From an uncultured virus (IMG/VR IMGVR_UViG_3300021138_000005) (Duplodnaviria; Heunggongvirae; Uroviricota; Caudoviricetes), in IMG/VR virus record IMGVR_UViG_3300021138_000005: 56,879 nt of DNA. One strand, written 5' to 3'. A model generated the notes under the pieces. It had not been told where the DNA came from, ran no database searches, and saw only the letters and a program-made list of their open reading frames with translations. The stretch's first letter is position 1. The number at the start of each line of letters is the position of its first letter. Made by a program: the position numbers and the translations under genes. This document shows positions 1 through 9,764 of the stretch, one piece after another.

Positions 1-476
1 TGTCAGGCAATAGAGATATTATCCAAAATAATATACGCAAGCAGCTAGCAATGCAGAGTGGCCAGATCAAGGGCACTAATCAAAACGGAAATTGGCAATG
101 GTCTAATTCTGCTGGTTCTCCGTTACCAAACAGCAGTGATTATGGAAACTACGCATTATCGCAGGCACCTGCTCGATATGTAACCAGCATGAGCACCAGT
201 ACATACGAGCTGGCTAAAGGCATGTTTGGTGGTCCAAATGTGCCAGAAGAACTAATAGAAGTATTGGCTAACATGGCCACATATTATGCCAGCCAGACTG
301 GCCAACCTGTGACCAATCTGTTCAAGAAGGGCATAATGATAAATGACTTCCTTGCTACTGTGAACAGCATTCGACTGCCAACAAGCCAGCTAGGATATGT
401 GGGGATCAATCCTAACCCTGTGTGGATCAATAATCCAACACTAGGGCCAACCATAGAAGCGGTATTAACCTCGTGA
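1..476 (+). CDS. hypothetical (probable virion/baseplate-region) protein, likely starting just before the window
   Basis: The frame of ORF 51..476 stays open to the window edge (tca ggc aat aga... = SGNRDIIQNNIRKQLA-MQSG); no recognisable motif. Confidence 0.55.
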   Translation, partial: SGNRDIIQNNIRKQLAMQSGQIKGTNQNGNWQWSNSAGSPLPNSSDYGNYALSQAPARYVTSMSTSTYELAKGMFGGPNVPEELIEVLANMATYYASQTGQPVTNLFKKGIMINDFLATVNSIRLPTSQLGYVGINPNPVWINNPTLGPTIEAVLTS

Positions 477-1621
477 CATCTGTACCATATTGCATCTATC
501 CGTGGTATCATCAAAAAATTGGTACTGACGGAAATGCGCTACCCTGCTGTGCATGGAGTAAATCCGAAATACAAACTCGAGATGGGTTCATACACAGCGA
601 CTTCATGCAAGATCTTAGACAAAAGATGCTTGATCACCAGCCTCCGTCTAATTGTTGGAAATGCAGCCATTCTGAGTCGCATGGTAAGAAAAGCGTGAGG
701 CAAGTTGGCTTTGAAGATGCAGAATTTACTGGCATTGATTGGCAAGACACTATTAGTGTACGTAGCCAAGAAGTAGATCTCAGCAATGTGTGCAATCTTA
801 GATGCCGTATGTGTAGCAGTACTCGATCCAGCAAATGGGCAGCTGATGAGATAGCTATGGGTCAACCGGCTGCAGGATTGATGCAAAATGATTGGCATCT
901 CAGCATAGAAGAAGCCAAGGTTACCAGAACACTAACCTTTTTGGGCGGCGAACCTCTGCTGCATCAAGATAGGATTTACACAGCATTAAGACTCATCGAC
1001 CAACATGGAGAGATTGACAAGCTGTATGTTATGATGAGCACCAATGCGATGCAGTTTATAACTGATGAATTGTTAGATCTATTGCTGAAATGTCGCCTTG
1101 TTAGATTCTGTCTTAGCATCGACGGTTTTGGAGCAATTTCTGAGTACATACGTTCCGACAGCGATTGGGAAACCATAAATCATGTCACTATGAAAATAGA
1201 TGATCTGCGCAGAAATAATGAAAACATAGTGTATCACATACAGCCGACTATATCCATCTACAATTACGATATGATGGATGAGTTAGTAGATTGGGCTAAT
1301 AATCTATCTACGAAACCTGGTATATCTCCTGTGTTCTTGCATTGGCCAAACAGCATGTCTGCATTAAACATACCTATGCACCTGCGACTACCAGTATCTG
1401 CTAGATATGAGCAGCGTAGCGACTGGCCAATTTATGGACAAATGTATTCTATAGTAAGCAGTTTCCTCGGTGCAGACGAACACCGAGACATTAAATTATT
1501 GGATGATTTTCATAAACTTAATAGCAAATTAGATGAATTACGTAATACATCTTTGGCTGCATCTAATCCCGAATTAGATGCATTCATATCAACAATAACA
1601 GAGTATTCTAACCATGAGTAA
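473..1621 (+). CDS. radical SAM protein with N-terminal twitch/SPASM-like Cys cluster
   Basis: CNLRCRMC (CxxxCxxC), GGEP and SIDG motifs; N-terminal C..PW / PCC / CxxC. Confidence 0.85.
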   Translation: MTSVPYCIYPWYHQKIGTDGNALPCCAWSKSEIQTRDGFIHSDFMQDLRQKMLDHQPPSNCWKCSHSESHGKKSVRQVGFEDAEFTGIDWQDTISVRSQEVDLSNVCNLRCRMCSSTRSSKWAADEIAMGQPAAGLMQNDWHLSIEEAKVTRTLTFLGGEPLLHQDRIYTALRLIDQHGEIDKLYVMMSTNAMQFITDELLDLLLKCRLVRFCLSIDGFGAISEYIRSDSDWETINHVTMKIDDLRRNNENIVYHIQPTISIYNYDMMDELVDWANNLSTKPGISPVFLHWPNSMSALNIPMHLRLPVSARYEQRSDWPIYGQMYSIVSSFLGADEHRDIKLLDDFHKLNSKLDELRNTSLAASNPELDAFISTITEYSNHE

Positions 1622-2054
1622 ATACAGCCAAGGTCGTTTCATACCAAAGAACCCAGCTAAACTGATTGGCAAAGCTGATGTAGTGTTCCGCAGCAGCTGG
1701 GAACTAACCGTAATGAACTTCCTTGACACACATCCAAGCGTGATACAGTGGGCTAGCGAGAGTCTGCGCATACCCTACACTAATCCTCTTACGGGTAAAC
1801 CTAGCCAATACGTGCCTGATTTCATGGTGTTATACCAAGACAAGAATGGAAATCGCCGAGCAGAAGTGGTAGAAGTTAAACCCAGCAAAGAAGCTATTGC
1901 AGAGAATGCCAAGAGCAAGCGCGATAAGGTAAGCCTCATATTAAACACTGCTAAATGGGCAGCAGCTATGGCATTTTGCAAGAAGAATGGCATGACTTTC
2001 AGGATCCTCACTGAAAGCGACATATATATCACAAAGCCCAAGAGGAAACGCTGA
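1614..2054 (+). CDS. head completion nuclease (T4 gp4-like / TnsA N-terminal PD-(D/E)xK fold)
   Basis: QGRFIPKNPAK..FRSSWE..WASE..IPY..YVPDF..EVKP..N.AKW.AA pattern typical of gp4-like proteins. Confidence 0.8.
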   Translation: MSKYSQGRFIPKNPAKLIGKADVVFRSSWELTVMNFLDTHPSVIQWASESLRIPYTNPLTGKPSQYVPDFMVLYQDKNGNRRAEVVEVKPSKEAIAENAKSKRDKVSLILNTAKWAAAMAFCKKNGMTFRILTESDIYITKPKRKR

Positions 2055-2530
2055 TGGCTAAACGTTTCAAGACCCTAGAAGATACCTTTGATATAGAATC
2101 AGTCGAAGAAGAAACAGAGGTAGCTGAGACTTCTAATGAAGACATACATGCTGCTCTAGCTCTTGCAAATGACATAGATAAGCAATTATCCACCGCACGT
2201 GGCAAGGATGAGCATGATGTTGAAATGGATCATCTGGCAGATCTCGCTATCAAGGCACATATGGATCTACAGGATCTGGGCATGAATGTTGAATTACGCC
2301 ACGCTGGTGAAATATTCAGCAGCAGCAGCCAGATGCTGAAGATAGCAGTTGATGCCAAGAACGCCAAGGTTGATAAGAAGCTGAAGATGCTGAAACTGCA
2401 GCTGGACAAGCTCAAGATGGATAGAGCAATCAAGACTCCGAGTAGCGAAGCAGTTGATGTTAAAGCTACATTGATGGATCGTAACGAACTGTTGAAACAG
2501 CTTGATGAAATCGAAAGAGACGCTAAATAA
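2054..2530 (+). CDS. hypothetical coiled-coil protein, possible terminase small subunit
   Basis: Helical, acidic then basic; lies upstream of the terminase; function inferred from position only. Confidence 0.45.
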   Translation: MAKRFKTLEDTFDIESVEEETEVAETSNEDIHAALALANDIDKQLSTARGKDEHDVEMDHLADLAIKAHMDLQDLGMNVELRHAGEIFSSSSQMLKIAVDAKNAKVDKKLKMLKLQLDKLKMDRAIKTPSSEAVDVKATLMDRNELLKQLDEIERDAK

Positions 2531-2548
2531 CATCACATTGGAGCATCT

Positions 2549-3373
2549 ATGGCCATGAAGTCGTTCAGAGAATATCTCGCTGAAAGCACTCGAGAATACG
2601 GGTACGTAATTAAACTTGCTGCAGAACCGAGCGACGAGCAGCTTGACGCGGCTGAGCGGTATCTCACGCAGTTTGGTCTTGTTGAGATGACCCACCCTGT
2701 GTTGCTTGCAGGAGATACGCGAGATTTTGTTGATGTGCCAAATCAAACAGTATGGCAGATCAATTTTGTTACAACAATGCCTCTGAGCAGCTATATTACC
2801 ATGGAAGGCTTGCGCGAAGTTTTGAATGTTCCAGAAAAGAACATAGTAGTACGCACCGCGACTGAGCCAGTAGAAGAGTACACCGACGATTACATGACTG
2901 ATCGAGGTTTTCAGAAGATTGCCAAAGATGACAGTTTAACCTCTGCAGCACGACTTGATACTGATCGTTTCTATCAAGACATAGAACAGCCTGTGGTCAA
3001 CGATGTCTACGGTGATGCCTATAACAAGCGTTTCTTGGATTATCTTGCTGGTGTTAAAGCAACCCGTCCAAGCGACGAGTATCATGCACCGGCTCCTCTG
3101 TTTAGTTGGATGGATATGAACAAGGTCGTTCCTCGTGAGCCTGTTCAGGACATGACAGACTTTAATGCTAGGTACGATACACCTAAGCCAATGACACGCA
3201 CAAATAAGACCATGCCAGAAGATCCTACACCACGTAGCGGTTTAGGATCCGAAGGTAACTTTGATGATGGCGCGCAGATAATGTATAGGTTCTACAAGGA
3301 CCGTGACGGCAAGAGAGTAAACATGGGAGCAACAAAAACTCCCAACAAACCAGAATTTGTAAGGAAGGGTTAA
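2549..3373 (+). CDS. hypothetical, probable head-internal protein
   Basis: N-terminus MKSFREYLAES resembles the T4 capsid-targeting sequence; TAAATA upstream. Confidence 0.55.
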   Translation: MAMKSFREYLAESTREYGYVIKLAAEPSDEQLDAAERYLTQFGLVEMTHPVLLAGDTRDFVDVPNQTVWQINFVTTMPLSSYITMEGLREVLNVPEKNIVVRTATEPVEEYTDDYMTDRGFQKIAKDDSLTSAARLDTDRFYQDIEQPVVNDVYGDAYNKRFLDYLAGVKATRPSDEYHAPAPLFSWMDMNKVVPREPVQDMTDFNARYDTPKPMTRTNKTMPEDPTPRSGLGSEGNFDDGAQIMYRFYKDRDGKRVNMGATKTPNKPEFVRKG

Positions 3374-3377
3374 TACC

Positions 3378-4487
3378 ATGGATTTCCATAGCATAGTGGG
3401 CAAGCTTAGGGCTATTGAGTCCTTGGGTACACAGGGAATAGACGATCATCTGCATGAGATGGACGAGTGCAACATGACACCAGCACTTGAGGAATGTCCA
3501 GTGCATGGTCTCGAGGAGTGCCCAGGATATGCCGGCACTATACAGCTTGAAGACAGCCGCGGTGAGATGATGGATGAAGAATCCACAACTGATCGCGACA
3601 ATCATGCTGAAAAAGCGGGCGAAGAAGTTGCGCACGATATAGAATACGACGAACGTCACAAGGATCATATCCATGGTCACAAGCGCGGCGGCGAAGACGA
3701 CAACGCTGAGCGAGCTGGTGAAAAAGTAACCAAAGACATTGAATGGGACGACGAAGAAGAGATGGACGAAGATGCTCCTCTTGGACCACCACCTTTCTCA
3801 GGTCCGGGTGCTACCAACAATGGTCCAGACACAGCCGGTTATGTATATGCTTACAGTGAAAGCCAAAAGCAGTTGCGCGAAAGCATGAACATCGTGATGA
3901 GCCAAAACATCGATGATCAAGGCAGCCACAAGAGCATGACTGTTACCGCTACTGATGAGGATTTTGATACCTTAGAGCGTTTGCTTGCTATGAGCGGTAT
4001 CGGTCGCAGTCAAGCACCTGCAGAAGTTGTAGTTGCAGCGCCAACTGCAGGAATGCCATATGGTGTATCAGCAGAGCAGACATGTCAGCATTGTGGTAAT
4101 CCTGCAAGCCAATGCACTTGCGAAGAAGTAGCAATGGAAAATGCTGATCACGATCACGGTCATGAAGAGCATCCCGAAGCCGGCGAGCCGATTGATCCCA
4201 AGGATTATGTTTGGAACGGCGATCACATTAATCAGCGCTTTGGTAAGATTGGCGATAACACGCTGATGGCAGAGCGTGCTGATAGTCTGTTTAATGCTCT
4301 TAATGAGCAATACACTAACTATCTCATTGAAGCTGAACTAGAACCAAGCAACGCTGGGTTTAATAGTCCTTTAACTGCAACCGATCGTGATACTTTTGAT
4401 AAAGATCCATTTGCTAATGAGGAACCAGTTACAGATGGTAGCCGCAGTCCTTTGAGCTATATCGGTCGTCAAGACGTGATGAATTGA
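3378..4487 (+). CDS. acidic probable prohead core/internal protein
   Basis: Very Glu/Asp-rich, internal repeat (AEKAGEEVAHDIEYD / AERAGEKVTKDIEWD), RLLAMSG motif. Confidence 0.55.
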   Translation: MDFHSIVGKLRAIESLGTQGIDDHLHEMDECNMTPALEECPVHGLEECPGYAGTIQLEDSRGEMMDEESTTDRDNHAEKAGEEVAHDIEYDERHKDHIHGHKRGGEDDNAERAGEKVTKDIEWDDEEEMDEDAPLGPPPFSGPGATNNGPDTAGYVYAYSESQKQLRESMNIVMSQNIDDQGSHKSMTVTATDEDFDTLERLLAMSGIGRSQAPAEVVVAAPTAGMPYGVSAEQTCQHCGNPASQCTCEEVAMENADHDHGHEEHPEAGEPIDPKDYVWNGDHINQRFGKIGDNTLMAERADSLFNALNEQYTNYLIEAELEPSNAGFNSPLTATDRDTFDKDPFANEEPVTDGSRSPLSYIGRQDVMN

Positions 4488-4549
4488 TATTTTCGCAAAA
4501 TAACCGATAAGTAACAGCGGCATCACGCCGCTGTTCTCTTGAGTAACAC

Positions 4550-6136
4550 ATGGCAAAGAACGACATAGATTTCCAATTAGTAAAGCAGGCTCATCAAAAG
4601 ACTGCTTACACACCACATCAGATACGCGAAATAGCACGCTGTGCGAAAGATCCGCTCTACTTCATGGAGAACTACATGAAGATACAGCATCCTACCAAAG
4701 GGCGCATAGCCTTTGAAGCATACGAATATCAAAAAAAACTTGTAGATTCATATTGGAAGAACACATCGGTAGTGGCGTTACTGCCGCGCCAGAGCGGTAA
4801 GACTACAACTGCTGCAGGATATTTGTTATGGTATGCTATGTTCAACAAGGATGTAACGGTTTTGATAGCTGCCAACAAGTTCCGTGCTGCCAATGAAATC
4901 ATGGATCGCGTGAAGTTTGCCTATGAAGAATTGCCTGATTGGCTGCGTGCAGGCGTTGCAACATATAATGTGCAAGATATCAAGTTCGATAACGGATCAC
5001 GCATCAAGGCAACAACAACTACGCCAGATAGCGGACGCGGTATGTCTATATCACTGCTATATCTAGACGAGTTTGCATTCGTTAAACCTCGCATTGCAGA
5101 AGAGTTTTGGACTGCTATGAGTCCTACGCTAGCAACTGGTGGTAAATGCATCATTACCAGCACACCGAACAGCGACGAGGACAAGTTTGCTGAGATCTGG
5201 TTTGGTGCCAACAAGACAGTGGATGACTACGGTAATGATACTGCAGATGGTCTTGGTGTGAATGGATTCGCAGCATTCACAGCACATTATAGCGAAGTAC
5301 CTGGCAGAGATGAAGTATGGGCCGACCGAGAACGTGCTAAGATAAGCATTGATCGGTTCCGTCGAGAATACGGTTGCGAATTTGTAACTGCTGATGAGAC
5401 ACTGATAAATGCTAGCACGTTACTGCAACTGCAAGGTGTGGAACCAATCTTTAAGACTGGTCAAACACGATGGTATGATCAGATACGGGCTAACAAGACC
5501 TATCTAGTAGCATTGGATCCTAGCGCCGGTGTGGGCAAAGATTTCAGTTGCATACAAGTTTTCAGTCTGCCCGACATGGCACAGGTAGCAGAATGGACAC
5601 ACAATCGCACCAGTATACCGCAACAGGTCAAGACCATGCAGAGCATCATCAATTTCATATACAGTGAGATGCGTAAACTCAATGATCAACGAGGTGAACC
5701 GGAAATATATTTCACTCTTGAAAACAACAGCTGGGGCGAAGCCGCAATCGTGACCATAGACGAGATGGGTGAAGATACCTTTAATGCTATTTGGTTACAC
5801 GAACCCAAGGTCAAAGGCGTGTCAAGATTGCGCAGAGGACTGAATACCAATACACGCAGCAAGGCTATGGCGTGTACTAAACTGAAAAGCCTCATAGAAA
5901 GCAATAAATTATCTTTACGTAGCAGGACTTTAATACGACAACTCAAGTTCTTTGTAGCCAAGGGAAACAGTTTTGAAGGCAAGGTTGGCGAGAACGACGA
6001 TGCAGTCATGGCTATGATATTATGTGTTCGCATGATGCAGATGGTGACTCGCTGGGACGAAGAGATTGGCAACTTGATGAAAGACAGCTTCGCAGAAGAT
6101 GTTGATGAGCCGATGCCTATCAGCTTTGGTTATTAA
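4550..6136 (+). CDS. terL: terminase large subunit (T4 gp17-like)
   Basis: Walker A PRQSGKTT, Walker B LYLDEFAF, ITSTPNS motif III, nuclease ALDPSAG and C-terminal NDDAVMA. Confidence 0.93.
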   Translation: MAKNDIDFQLVKQAHQKTAYTPHQIREIARCAKDPLYFMENYMKIQHPTKGRIAFEAYEYQKKLVDSYWKNTSVVALLPRQSGKTTTAAGYLLWYAMFNKDVTVLIAANKFRAANEIMDRVKFAYEELPDWLRAGVATYNVQDIKFDNGSRIKATTTTPDSGRGMSISLLYLDEFAFVKPRIAEEFWTAMSPTLATGGKCIITSTPNSDEDKFAEIWFGANKTVDDYGNDTADGLGVNGFAAFTAHYSEVPGRDEVWADRERAKISIDRFRREYGCEFVTADETLINASTLLQLQGVEPIFKTGQTRWYDQIRANKTYLVALDPSAGVGKDFSCIQVFSLPDMAQVAEWTHNRTSIPQQVKTMQSIINFIYSEMRKLNDQRGEPEIYFTLENNSWGEAAIVTIDEMGEDTFNAIWLHEPKVKGVSRLRRGLNTNTRSKAMACTKLKSLIESNKLSLRSRTLIRQLKFFVAKGNSFEGKVGENDDAVMAMILCVRMMQMVTRWDEEIGNLMKDSFAEDVDEPMPISFGY

Positions 6137-6153
6137 ACGATAAATATTCCATC

Positions 6154-7215
6154 ATGAATCACAACTGGGACATCATAGGCGATAAGATCTTCGGAATACT
6201 GCGTGGTAGAGGCTACCGCTTGCAGATGTTCGACAAGGGCGGCAGCAAGACCATGGATCCGCACGATGCTACGCGATTCTTTGCTACCATACCCAGCAAC
6301 AATCCCAACCTAGACACCTTTAATGTGTTGATCAGTTTACATAATGAAGATACCAGCAGCCATCTCGATATCAAGACACCAGATCTTGCCAATGACCAGG
6401 ATTTTAACACTGTTGTAAAGATCAAAGATAGCTTACAAAACAACATCGGTGATCGCGAAGGTCTAAGCGTAAACTGGTACAAGTTTGACCATGACATTGA
6501 CCCGCGTGAGGACGCCGTGAACAACATCCAAGAAAGCCGTGATATCAGCAAGCCATATGGCAGCACCAAGAGCAGCTATCAGAAGATAGGAAATAGCAAA
6601 TTAGTAATTCGCCACACTGATCCGGTGAACGAAGAAAAACAGGGTAGCCGTTGGCGCCATATCAAGAACATATTCATCGAGACCAAGTTAGGCGAACGCT
6701 TTAACTATCCGCATCCGCACATAGCAGGTGCACGTGCCATGGCAAGGCATCTAGCTAACGAAGGTCGCTTCAACGATCAAGTTAGCAAGGCCATCCTAAA
6801 GATGAGCGAAGATTTCATCAAGCTCAAGAAGGCCAACAAGCTGATGCGCGGCAAGGATGATGATCTTAGCTTACAGGTCAAGGGTGCTCTTGAGCAGCTT
6901 GCTAAAGAAAGCAAGCGTCTTAGTGGCAGCAAGGGTTATGCAACAGGCATTGCTAATCTTGCCAATCGTACCATGAATACTCCGGCTGAACGAGTTATAG
7001 AACTGCGTAACAAGTTGGCTGAGACTTGTGGTTGCCAACAAGGAGACGAAGCTGAACTGGGTTCACTGGAAGCAGCTGCACGTTATCTTATCAGCAACGG
7101 TTATGAGGTAAAACCTGCAGAACCAGCAATCGACCATGATCAATCTTATACAATAGGAGATGATCCGGTTGATGTAGAAATCTTGCGTCTAGAGGAGCTT
7201 GCTGGTATTATCTAA
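6154..7215 (+). CDS. hypothetical phage protein (probable virion/core)
   Basis: 353-aa ORF, TAAATA upstream, C-terminal LRLEELAGI motif shared with other ORFs in the window. Confidence 0.6.
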   Translation: MNHNWDIIGDKIFGILRGRGYRLQMFDKGGSKTMDPHDATRFFATIPSNNPNLDTFNVLISLHNEDTSSHLDIKTPDLANDQDFNTVVKIKDSLQNNIGDREGLSVNWYKFDHDIDPREDAVNNIQESRDISKPYGSTKSSYQKIGNSKLVIRHTDPVNEEKQGSRWRHIKNIFIETKLGERFNYPHPHIAGARAMARHLANEGRFNDQVSKAILKMSEDFIKLKKANKLMRGKDDDLSLQVKGALEQLAKESKRLSGSKGYATGIANLANRTMNTPAERVIELRNKLAETCGCQQGDEAELGSLEAAARYLISNGYEVKPAEPAIDHDQSYTIGDDPVDVEILRLEELAGII

Positions 7216-7217
7216 AG

Positions 7218-7706
7218 ATGATACTAGTGATATGCTTAGCTAGAACCACAGCGTCGGCCCGTTTATTTGATAGATTATTAAAACGCTACGATGACACCTC
7301 GACCGAATGCCGAGTTGTGCATACGTCTGGCGATCTAAGCTTCGGTATATCCTATGCAATGCTACAACTAGAAAAAGAATTCACTACTTCGCATCAATTT
7401 TGGACAGATAAACCAAGGTATGCAGCCATAGTTGTTCTTTGGGAACCTGTGACTGAAATAGGAATCGGACACATAGTTGCTAAGTTAAATGATTTGCGAG
7501 GAGACGAGATTATGTTTTCGACTATGAATAGCTATCAACCCATTGCTTGGGTAGCTGGGCATCCTCGGGCCGTCGTAAAATGGGCATCTGGACTTCCTTG
7601 GATTGCAACCACAGAAATGGAAACTTGGCCGAAGATACACGGAAAATCAGATACCTCTGTATACTCATGGTGGGCACAGCGCATCAATCTACGAGTATTG
7701 GAATAG
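7218..7706 (+). CDS. hypothetical protein
   Basis: ORF in operon arrangement, AT-richer than its neighbours. Confidence 0.55.
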   Translation: MILVICLARTTASARLFDRLLKRYDDTSTECRVVHTSGDLSFGISYAMLQLEKEFTTSHQFWTDKPRYAAIVVLWEPVTEIGIGHIVAKLNDLRGDEIMFSTMNSYQPIAWVAGHPRAVVKWASGLPWIATTEMETWPKIHGKSDTSVYSWWAQRINLRVLE

Positions 7707-7712
7707 CAATCT

Positions 7713-8540
7713 ATGAGAACAGCTGTTTTTGTTCGAGGTCATGCTCGAACTTGGTGTTTAACTAAATTTAATATTCTTTCGCTTTTTTCTTCAATATATC
7801 CAGATTGCGATTGGTATTTTGCATTTGTAAAATCTAATACCATAGATGAACAATCATTGCGAAAAGACCTAAATGGATACAGCCTAAAATCAGTGCTGAT
7901 GCCTGATGAAAAAATCTATCCTTTACCAACCTCTGATATCCGAACAGCGCATTGGAATTATTATAATCCAGCGTATTGGCGAATAGCGTGGTTAGATTGG
8001 TTACTGAATATAGAAAAACGAGCTTGCGAATTAGAAAGTAAACTGAAATACGATAATGTTTTATTCATAAGGCCGGATTGCTGGTATTTTGATCGTGGTG
8101 CGCCCTATGAGAGAGCCACAGTCAAATTAGGTCCGATGGCTGTGACCGAGATTGGTAATTCTTCGATAGACGGTAACTTAGAAGATTGGTATAATGGTGA
8201 TTTAATATGGCGAACAGGGAGCATAGCAGCCGACATCATGTCACTGCGCTATCTGGACACATATTTTACAGAAGGTAAGCAACAGACCCTTCACGGTAAC
8301 AGTCACACATTATTATCATTATATCAACCGCGCAATTATCTAATAAGCAATAAAGAAGCTCAGTCATTTATGAGCCAGTTGATACGCCCTGATCACGCAG
8401 ACAACATGCCTTGGACCTTCGAAAAATACGACCAGTTTCACAATGATAGTAGAATTTGGCACCAGCTCTCGGTATCTGAAAAGATAACATGGTGCTATAA
8501 ACTTGGCATAGATCCCAAGGATTACCAGCTGGAAGATTGA
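7713..8540 (+). CDS. hypothetical, possible glycosyltransferase-like protein
   Basis: MRTAVFVRGHARTW and YDNVLFIRPD resemble the 'AV..GxxR ... YDxVxxxRxD' family of large phages; AT-rich. Confidence 0.45.
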   Translation: MRTAVFVRGHARTWCLTKFNILSLFSSIYPDCDWYFAFVKSNTIDEQSLRKDLNGYSLKSVLMPDEKIYPLPTSDIRTAHWNYYNPAYWRIAWLDWLLNIEKRACELESKLKYDNVLFIRPDCWYFDRGAPYERATVKLGPMAVTEIGNSSIDGNLEDWYNGDLIWRTGSIAADIMSLRYLDTYFTEGKQQTLHGNSHTLLSLYQPRNYLISNKEAQSFMSQLIRPDHADNMPWTFEKYDQFHNDSRIWHQLSVSEKITWCYKLGIDPKDYQLED

Positions 8541-8543
8541 CTC

Positions 8544-8571
8544 TTGACAAGCGCTAGGGTATAAATACACT
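8544..8571 (+). promoter_or_regulatory. overlapping sigma70-like promoter (TTGACA-N16-TACACT) and T4-type late promoter TATAAATA upstream of the SSB gene
   Basis: TTGACA 8544-8549, TATAAATA 8560-8567, TACACT 8566-8571. Confidence 0.65.
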
Positions 8572-8649
8572 GTCAGTTAGCAATATCACGTTGCTGACTG
8601 TCTATAACTCAATTAGGCACATGAAAGCACACATAGGAGGCACATTATC

Positions 8650-9702
8650 ATGGGATTAGACCTTAAAGCTATACAAGCTAAACTACTCGAGCAACAGGCT
8701 CGCAAAGACCGCTCCAAGGGCGGCACATTTACCGGAGACAATTCAATCTATCCATTCTGGAACAACCCAGAGGGCTCCACTGCCACTCTGAGGTTTCTCC
8801 CGGACGGCGACGACACCAACGACTTCTTCTGGGTGGAACGGCTCATCATCAAGATTCCATTCCCTGGAGTCAAGGGGCAAAATGATGCTCGTCCAGTTGA
8901 AGTGCAGGTTCCTTGCATGGACATGTGGAAGCCGGGCAGCTGCCCCATCGCAGCCGAAACACGTCCATGGTGGAAGGATCCTACTTTGGAAGATATGGCT
9001 CGCAAGTACTGGCGGAAGAAGAGCTATGTGTTCCAGGGTTTTGTCACGCAGAATCCTAACAAGGATGATAACACGCCGGAAAATCCAATCCGGAGATTTA
9101 TCATCAATCCTAGCGTGTTTGATGCTATTAAGGCAATCCTTATGCGTCAGGACCTTGAAAATAGCCCTACTGATTACGCATCTGGACGTGATTTTTACCT
9201 TAGCAAGACAACTAAAGGAGGCTATGCCAATTATAGCAGCTCTAGTTGGTCAATGAAGGAACGCGGTCTCAGCGAAGACGAGCTGAGCGCAGTGGAAAAG
9301 CACGGCTTGTTTACGCTCAACAGCTTCCTCCCAAAGAAGCCAGATGATGCGCATCTCGCAGCTATCATGGAACTGTTTGAAGCCTCAGTGAACGAGGAAC
9401 TCTACGATGCAGATCGATGGGGACAGTTCTATCGTCCAAACGGCATGCGCATGGATAGCTTTGCTAACAACAACGATGATGCCACTGCCAACACTGTGGC
9501 CACACCTGTGACCAAACCAGTCACAGCAGCCAGCATCATGGAACGTGCGGCTCCAAAAGCAGCTCCTGTGGATGAAGCTCCATTTGATGCGGATCCCCCA
9601 AAAGCAGCAGCGGTGACACCAGCAGGCGACAAGCCAAAGCTAAGCTCACCAGATGACATCCTGGCAGCTATCCGCGCACGCAAGCTCGGCGGTCAATCTT
9701 AA
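8650..9702 (+). CDS. single-stranded DNA-binding protein (T4 gp32-like)
   Basis: ATLRFLPD, CPI, YWRKKSY, GRDF..K...GGYANY.SS motifs; GGAGG RBS; sits upstream of recA. Confidence 0.85.
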   Translation: MGLDLKAIQAKLLEQQARKDRSKGGTFTGDNSIYPFWNNPEGSTATLRFLPDGDDTNDFFWVERLIIKIPFPGVKGQNDARPVEVQVPCMDMWKPGSCPIAAETRPWWKDPTLEDMARKYWRKKSYVFQGFVTQNPNKDDNTPENPIRRFIINPSVFDAIKAILMRQDLENSPTDYASGRDFYLSKTTKGGYANYSSSSWSMKERGLSEDELSAVEKHGLFTLNSFLPKKPDDAHLAAIMELFEASVNEELYDADRWGQFYRPNGMRMDSFANNNDDATANTVATPVTKPVTAASIMERAAPKAAPVDEAPFDADPPKAAAVTPAGDKPKLSSPDDILAAIRARKLGGQS

Positions 9703-9713
9703 TCCATAACATC

Positions 9714-9741
9714 TAGGATGGGCGATGTCTCGCCCATCCTA
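9714..9741 (+). terminator. perfect 12-bp hairpin between the SSB and recA genes (terminator or processing site)
   Basis: taggatgggcga-tgtc-tcgcccatccta; no U-tract. Confidence 0.45.
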
Positions 9742-9764
9742 CCACATGATCACAGGAGCAAAAC

